A program made the translations under genes and the position numbers. Below the pieces are notes generated by a model that was given only the letters and a program-made list of their open reading frames with translations, was not told where the DNA came from and searched no databases. A DNA stretch of 64,000 nt from Eledone cirrhosa (lineage: Eukaryota): the NCBI GenBank assembly GCA_964016885.1, contig OZ024743.1, positions 240,064,001 through 240,128,000 on the forward strand, written 5' to 3'. Shown here piece by piece: positions 56,501-64,000 of the stretch; position 1 is the first letter of the stretch, and every line of letters starts with the position of its first letter.

Positions 56501-59500
56501 GTGTTGTGGTGTTATTGGTGTTGTGGTGTTATTGGTGTTGTGGTGTTATGTGTGTTGTGGTGTTATTGATGTTGTGGTGTTATTGGTGTTGTGGGTGTTA
56601 TTGATGTTGTGGGTGTTATTGGTGTTGTGGTGTTATTGGTGTTGTGGGTTTTTATTGGTGTCGTGGGTGTTATTGGTGTTGTGGGTGTTATTGGTGTTGT
56701 GGTGTTATTGGTGTTGTGGTGTTATTGGTGTTGTATTGTTATTGGTGTTGTGGTGTTATTGGTGTTGTGGTATTATTGGTGTTGTATTGTTATTGGTGTT
56801 GTGCTGGTATTGGTGTTGTGGTCTTATTGGTGTTATGGTGTTATTGGTGTTGTGGTGTTATTGGTGTAGTATTGTTATTGGTGTTGTGGTGTTATTGGTT
56901 TGTGGTGTTATTGGTGTTGTGGTGTTATTGGTGTTGTGGTGATATTGGTGTTGTGGTGTTATTGGTGTTGTGGTGTTATTGGTGTTGTATTGTTATTGGT
57001 GTTGTATTTTTATTGGTGTTGTGGTGTTATTGTTGTTATGGTGTTATGTGTGTTGTGGGTGTTATTGGTGTTGTATTGTTATTGGTTTTGTGGTGTTATT
57101 GGTGTTATGGTGTTATTGGTGTTGTGGGTGTTATTGGTGTTGTGGTTTTATTGGTGTTGTGGGTTTTTATTGGTGTCGTGTGTGTTATTGGTGTTGTGGG
57201 TGTTATTGGTGTTGTGGTGTTATTGGTGTTGTGGTGTTATTGGTGTTGTATTGTTATTGGTGTTGTGGTATTATTGGTTTTGTATTGTTATTGGTGTTGT
57301 GCTGTTATTGGTGTTGTGGTCTTATTGGTGTTATGATGTTATTGGTGTTGTGGTGTTATTGGTGTTGTATTGTTATTGGTGTTCTGGTGTTATTCGTGTT
57401 GTGGGTGTTATTGGTGTTGTTGTGTTATTGGTGTTGTGGGTTTTTGTTGGTGTTGTGGGTGTTATTGGTGTTGTGTGTGTTATTGGTGTTGTGGTGTTAT
57501 TGGTGTTGTGTTGTTATTGGTGTTGTATTGTTATTGATGTTGTGGTGTTATTGGTGTTGTGGCATTATTGGTGTTGTATTGTTATTGGTGTTGTGCTATT
57601 ATTGGTGTTGTGGTCTTATTGGTGTTATTGGTGTTGTGGTGTTATGTGTGTTGTGGGTGTTATTGGTGTTGTATTGTTATTGGTTTTGTGGTGTTATTGG
57701 TGTTATGGTGTTATTGGTGTTGTGGGTGTTATTGATGCTGTGGGTGTTATTGGTGTTGTGGTGTTATTGGAGTTGTGGGTGTTATTGGTGTTGTGGGTGT
57801 TATTGGTGTTGTGGTGTTATTGGTGTTGTGGTGTTATTGGTGTTGTGGTGTTATTGGTGTTGTGGTGTTATTGGTGTTGTGGGTGTTATTGGTGTTGTGG
57901 GTGTTATTGATGCTGTGGGTGTTATTGGTGTTGTGGTGTTATTGGTGTTGTGGTGTTATTGGTGCTGTGGTGTTATTGGTGTTGTGGTGTTATTGGTGTT
58001 GGGGTGTTATTGGTGTTGTGGTGTTATTAGTGTTGTGGTGTTATTGGTGTTGTGGGTGTTATTGGTGTTGTGGGTGTTATTGGTGTTGTGGTGTTATTGG
58101 TGTTGTGGGTGTTATTGGTGTAGTATTGTTATTGGTGTTGTGGGTGTTATTGGTGTTGTGGTGTTATTGGTGTTGTGGGTGTTATTGGTGTTGTGGTGTT
58201 ATTGGTGTTGTGGTGTTATTGGTGTTGTGGGTGTTATTGGTGTTGTGGTGTTATTGGTGTTGTGGTGTTATTGGTGTTGTGGTGTTATGTGTGTTGTGGT
58301 GTTATTGATGTTGTGGTGTTATTGGTGTTGTGGGTGTTATTGATGTTGTGGGTGTTATTGGTGTTGTGGTGTTATTGGTGTTGTGGGTTTTTATTGGTGT
58401 CGTGGGTGTTATTGGTGTTGTGGGTGTTATTGGTGTTGTGGTGTTATTGGTGTTGTGGTGTTATTGGTGTTGTATTGTTATTGGTGTTGTGGTGTTATTG
58501 GTGTTGTGGTATTATTGGTGTTGTATTGTTATTGGTTTTGTGCTGGTATTGGTGTTGTGGTCTTATTGGTGTTATGGTGTTATTGGTGTTGTGGTGTTAT
58601 TGGTGTAGTATTGTTATTGGTGTTGTGGTGTTATTGGTTTGTGGTGTTATTGGTGTTGTGGTGTTATTGGTGTTGTGGTGTTATTGGTGTTGTGGTGTTA
58701 TTGGTGTTGTGGTGTTATTGGTGTTGTATTGTTATTGGTGTTGTGGTGTTATTGGTGTTGTATTGTTATTGGTGTTGTATTTTTATTGGTGTTGTGGTGT
58801 TATTGTTGTTATGGTGTTATGTGTGTTGTGGGTGTTATTGGTGTTGTATTGTTATTGGTTTTGTGGTGTTATTGGTGTTATGGTGTTATTGGTGTTGTGG
58901 GTGTTATTGATGCTGTGGGTGTTATTGGTGTTGTGGGTGTTATTGGTGTTGTGGTGTTATTGGTGTTGTGGGTTTTATTGGTGTTATGGTGTTATTGGTG
59001 TTGTGGTGTTATTGGTGTTGTTGTGTTATGTGTGTTGTGGTGTTATTGGTGTTGTGGGGTTATTGGTGTTGTCGTGTTATTGGTCTTGTGGTGTTATTGG
59101 TGTTGTGGTTTTATTTGTGTTGTATTGTTATTGGTGTTGTGGTGTTATTGGTGTTGTGGTGTTATTGATTTTGTGGTGTTATTGGTGTTGTATTGTTATT
59201 GGTGTTCTGGTGTTATTGGTGTTGTGGTGTTATTGGTGTTGTGGGTTTTTATTGGTGTTGTGGGTGTTATTGGTGTTGTGGATGTTATTGGTGTTGTGGT
59301 GTTATTGGTGTTGTGGTGTTATTGGTGTTGTATTGTTATTGGTGTTGTGTTGTTATTGGTGTTGTGGTATTATTGGTGTTGTATTGTTATTGGTGTTGTG
59401 CTGTTATTGGTGTTGTGGTCTTATTGGTGTTATGGTGTTATTGGTGTTGTGGTGTTATTGGTATTGTATCGTTATTGGTCTTGTGGTGTTATTGGTCTTG

Positions 59501-62500
59501 TGGTGTTATTGGTGTTGTGGTGTTATTGGTGTTGTGGTGTTACTGGTGTGTGGGTGTTATTGGTGTTGTGGTGTTATTGGTGTTGTGGTGTTATTGGTGT
59601 TGTATTGTTATTGGTGTTGTGGTGTTATTGGTGTTGTGGTGTTATTGTTGTTGTATTGTTATTGGTGTTGTGGTGTTATTGTTGTTATGGTGTTATTGCG
59701 GTTGTGGGTGTTATTGGTGTTGTGGTGTTATTGGTGTTGTGGTGTTGTGTGTGTTGTGGGTGTTATTGGTGTTGTATTGTTATTGGTTTTGTGGTGTTAT
59801 TGGTGTTTTGGTGTTATTGGTGTTGTGGGTTTTATTGATGCTGTGGGTGTTATTGGTGTTGTGGGTGTTATTGGTGTTGTGGGTGTTATTGGTGTTATGG
59901 TGTTATTGGTGTTGTGGTGTTATTGGTGTTGTGGGTGTTATTGGTGTTGAGGTGTTATTGGTGTTGTGGTGTTATTGGTGTTGTGGTGTTATTGGTGTTG
60001 TGGTGTTATGTGTGTTGTGGTGTTATTGGTGTTGTGCTGTTATTGGTGTTGTGCGTGTTATTGGTGTTGTGGGTGTTGTTGGAGTTGTGGTGTTATTGGT
60101 GTTGTGGTGTTATTGGTGATGTGGGTGTTATTGGTATTGTGGTGTTATTGGTGTTGTGGTGTTATTGGTGTTGTGGTGTTATTGGTGTTGTGGTGTTGTG
60201 GTGTTATTGGTGTTGTGGTGTTATTGGTGTTGTGGTCTTATTGGTGTTGTTGTGTTATGTGTGTTGTGGTGTTATTGGTGTTGTGGTATTATTGGTGTTG
60301 TGGTGTTATTGGTCTTGTGGTGTTATTGGTGTTGTGGTTTTATTTGTGTTGTATTGTTATTGGTGTTGTGGTGTTATTGGTGTTGTGGTGTTATTGGTGT
60401 TGTGGTGTTATTGGTGTTGTATTGTTATTGGTGTTCTGGTGTTATTGGTGTTGTGGGTGTTATTGGTGTTGTGGTTTTATTGGTGTTGTGGGTTTTTATT
60501 GGTGTCGTGGGTGTTATTGGTGCTGTGGGTGTTATTGGTGTTGTGGTGTTATTGGTGTTGTGGTGTTATTGGTGTTGTATTGTTATTGGTGTTGTGGTAT
60601 TATTGGTGTTGTATTGTTATTGGTGTTGTGCTGTTATTGGTGTTGTGGTCTTATTGGTGTTATGGTGTTATTGGTGTTGTGGTGTTATTGGTGTTGTATT
60701 GTTATTGGTGTTGTGGTGTTATTGGTGTATTGGTGTTATTGGTGTTGTGGTGTTATTGGTGTTGTATTGTTATTGGTGTTCTGGTGTTATTCGTGTTGTG
60801 GGTGTTATTGGTGTTGTGGTGTTATTGGTGTTGTGGGTTTTTGTTGGTGTTGTGGGTGTTATTGGTGTTGTGTGTGTTATTGGTGTTGTGGTGTTATTGG
60901 TGTTGTGTTGTTATTGGTGTTGTATTGTTATTGATGTTGTGGTGTTATTGGTGTTGTGGTATTATTGGTGTTGTATTGTTATTGGTGTTGTGCTATTATT
61001 GGTGTTGTGGTCTTATTGGTGTTATGGTGTTATTGGTGTTGTGGTGTTATTGGTGTTGTATTGTTATTGGTGTTGTGGTGTTATTGGTCTTGTGGTGTTA
61101 TTGGTGTTGTGGTGTTATTGGTATGTGGGTGTTATTGGTGTTGTGGTGTTATTGGTGTTGTGGTCTTATTGGTGTTGTGGTGTTATTGGTGTTGTATTGT
61201 TATTAGGTGTTGTGGTGTTATTGGTGTTGTGGTGTTATTGGTGTTGTGGGTGTTATTGGTGTTGTGGATGTTATTGGTGTTGTGGTGTTATTGGTGTTGT
61301 GGTGTTATTGGTGTTGTATTGTTATTGGTGTTGTGTTGTTATTGGTGTTGTGGTATTATTGGTGTTGTATTGTTATTGGTGTTGTGCTGTTATTGGTGTT
61401 GTGGTCTTATTGGTGTTATGGTGTTATTGGTGTTGTGGTGTTATTGGTATTGTATCGTTATTGGTCTTGTGGTGTTATTGGTCTTGTGGTGTTATTGGTG
61501 TTGTGGTGTTATTGGTGTTGTGGTGTTACTGGTGTGTGGGTGTTATTGGTGTTGTGGTGTTATTGGTGTTGTGGTGTTATTGGTGTTGTATTGTTATTGG
61601 TGTTGTGGTGTTATTGGTGTTGTGGTGTTATTGTTGTTGTATTGTTATTGGTGTTGTGGTGTTATTGTTGTTATGGTGTTATTGCGGTTGTGGGTGTTAT
61701 TGGTGTTGTGGTGTTATTGGTGTTGTGGTGTTGTGTGTGTTGTGGGTGTTATTGGTGTTGTATTGTTATTGGTTTTGTGGTGTTATTGGTGTTTTGGTGT
61801 TATTGGTGTTGTGGGTTTTATTGATGCTGTGGGTGTTATTGGTGTTGTGGGTGTTATTGGTGTTGTGGGTGTTATTGGTGTTATGGTGTTATTGGTGTTG
61901 TGGTGTTATTGGTGTTGTGGGTGTTATTGGTGTTGAGGTGTTATTGGTGTTGTGGTGTTATTGGTGTTGTGGTGTTATTGGTGTTGTGGTGTTATGTGTG
62001 TTGTGGTGTTATTGGTGTTGTGCTGTTATTGGTGTTGTGCGTGTTATTGGTGTTGTGGGTGTTGTTGGAGTTGTGGTGTTATTGGTGTTGTGGTGTTATT
62101 GGTGATGTGGGTGTTATTGGTACTGTGGTGTTATTGGTGTTGTGGTGTTATTGGTGTTGTGGTGTTATTGGTGTTGTGGTGTTGTGGTGTTATTGGTGTT
62201 GTGGTGTTATTGGTGTTGTGGTCTTATTGGTGTTGTTGTGTTATGTGTGTTGTGGTGTTATTGGTGTTGTGGTATTATTGGTGTTGTGGTGTTATTGGTC
62301 TTGTGGTGTTATTGGTGTTGTGGTTTTATTTGTGTTGTATTGTTATTGGTGTTGTGGTGTTATTGGTGTTGTGGTGTTATTGGTGTTGTGGTGTTATTGG
62401 TGTTGTATTGTTATTGGTGTTCTGGTGTTATTGGTGTTGTGGGTGTTATTGGTGTTGTGGTTTTATTGGTGTTGTGGGTTTTTATTGGTGTCGTGGGTGT

Positions 62501-64000
62501 TATTGGTGCTGTGGGTGTTATTGGTGTTGTGGTGTTATTGGTGTTGTGGTGTTATTGGTGTTGTATTGTTATTGGTGTTGTGGTATTATTGGTGTTGTAT
62601 TGTTATTGGTGTTGTGCTGTTATTGGTGTTGTGGTCTTATTGGTGTTATGGTGTTATTGGTGTTGTGGTGTTATTGGTGTTGTATTGTTATTGGTGTTGT
62701 GGTGTTATTGGTGTATTGGTGTTATTGGTGTTGTGGTGTTATTGGTGTTGTATTGTTATTGGTGTTCTGGTGTTATTCGTGTTGTGGGTGTTATTGGTGT
62801 TGTGGTGTTATTGGTGTTGTGGGTTTTTGTTGGTGTTGTGGGTGTTATTGGTGTTGTGTGTGTTATTGGTGTTGTGGTGTTATTGGTGTTGTGTTGTTAT
62901 TGGTGTTGTATTGTTATTGATGTTGTGGTGTTATTGGTGTTGTGGTATTATTGGTGTTGTATTGTTATTGGTGTTGTGCTATTATTGGTGTTGTGGTCTT
63001 ATTGGTGTTATGGTGTTATTGGTGTTGTGGTGTTATTGGTGTTGTATTGTTATTGGTGTTGTGGTGTTATTGGTCTTGTGGTGTTATTGGTGTTGTGGTG
63101 TTATTGGTATGTGGGTGTTATTGGTGTTGTGGTGTTATTGGTGTTGTGGTCTTATTGGTGTTGTGGTGTTATTGGTGTTGTATTGTTATTAGGTGTTGTG
63201 GTGTTATTGGTGTTGTGGTGTTATTGGTGTTGTGGGTGTTATTGGTGTGGTGGTGTTATTGGTGTTGTGGTGTTATGTGTGTTGTGGGTGTTATTGGTGT
63301 TGTATTGTTATTGGTTTTGTGGTGTTATTGGTGTTATAGTGTAATTGGTGTTGTGGTGTTATTGGTGTTGTGGTGTTATTGGTGTTGTGGGTGTTATTGG
63401 TGTTGTGGTGTTATTGGTGTTGTGGTGTTAATGGTGTTGTGGTGTTATTGGTGTTGTGGTGTTATGTGTGTTGTGGTGTTATTGGTGTTGTGGTGTTATT
63501 GGTGTTGTGGGTGTTATTGGTGTTGTGGGTGTTATTGGTGTTGTGGTGTTATTGGTGTTGTGGTGTTATTGGTGTTGTATTGTTATTGGTGTTGTGGTAT
63601 TATTGGTGTTGTATTGTTATTGGTGTTGTGCTGTTATTGGTGTTGTGGTCTTATTGGTGTTATGGTGTTATTGGTGTTGTGGTGTTATTGGTGTTGTATT
63701 GTTATTGGTGTTGTGGTGTTATTGGTGTATTGGTGTTATTGGTGTTGTGGTGTTATTGGTGTTGTATTGTTATTGGTGTTCTGGTGTTATTCGTGTTGTG
63801 GGTGTTATTGGTGTTGTGGTGTTATTGGTGTTGTGGGTTTTTGTTGGTGTTGTGGGTGTTATTGGTGTTGTGTGTGTTATTGGTGTTGTGGTGTTATTGG
63901 TGTTGTGTTGTTATTGGTGTTGTATTGTTATTGATGTTGTGGTGTTATTGGTGTTGTGGTATTATTGGTGTTGTATTGTTATTGGTGTTGTGCTATTATT
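44560..64000. repeat. 17/18-bp satellite (GGTGTTATTGGTGTTGT[G])n with kb-scale higher-order repeats; runs off the window
   Basis: Directly visible. Matching variant blocks recur at offsets 1752, about 2941-2949, 1756 and 1986 bp. Confidence 0.97.

Noticed and set aside
44518-63934. Numerous V/L/W/C/G-rich ORFs up to 1077 aa
   Set aside because: The satellite monomer lacks stop codons on the + strand, so these are translation artefacts.
44560-64000. Telomeric repeat or CRISPR-like array
   Set aside because: No TTAGGG units, no unique spacers, and a eukaryotic context.

Overview
Repeat-dominated animal genomic DNA. I inferred, but did not verify, a coleoid cephalopod (octopus-like) source from the SINE family and the very dense (TA)n/(CA)n microsatellites. 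I can support no host protein-coding gene. Positions 1-42 kb hold decayed or partial transposons: three copies of an R4/Dong-type RLE retrotransposon sitting in (ACAT)n, a near full-length RTE with two internally deleted non-autonomous copies, Penelope-like, CRE, Tx1, CR1/L2 and Helitron pieces, SINEs and fold-back elements. Positions 42.6-64 kb hold a G/T-rich 33-bp minisatellite followed by about 19.5 kb of 17/18-bp satellite with kb-scale higher-order repeats. The most interesting signal is absent from the ORF track: nine type I hammerhead-ribozyme motifs (five near-complete, four degenerate or partial) in small elements embedded in (TA)n. These include a non-coding 1006-bp partial-tandem element with a hammerhead in each repeat, a retrozyme-like unit predicted to release a ~1-kb RNA monomer or circle. 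All RNA structures were read by eye and not computed. Most ORFs in the track are microsatellite or satellite artefacts.
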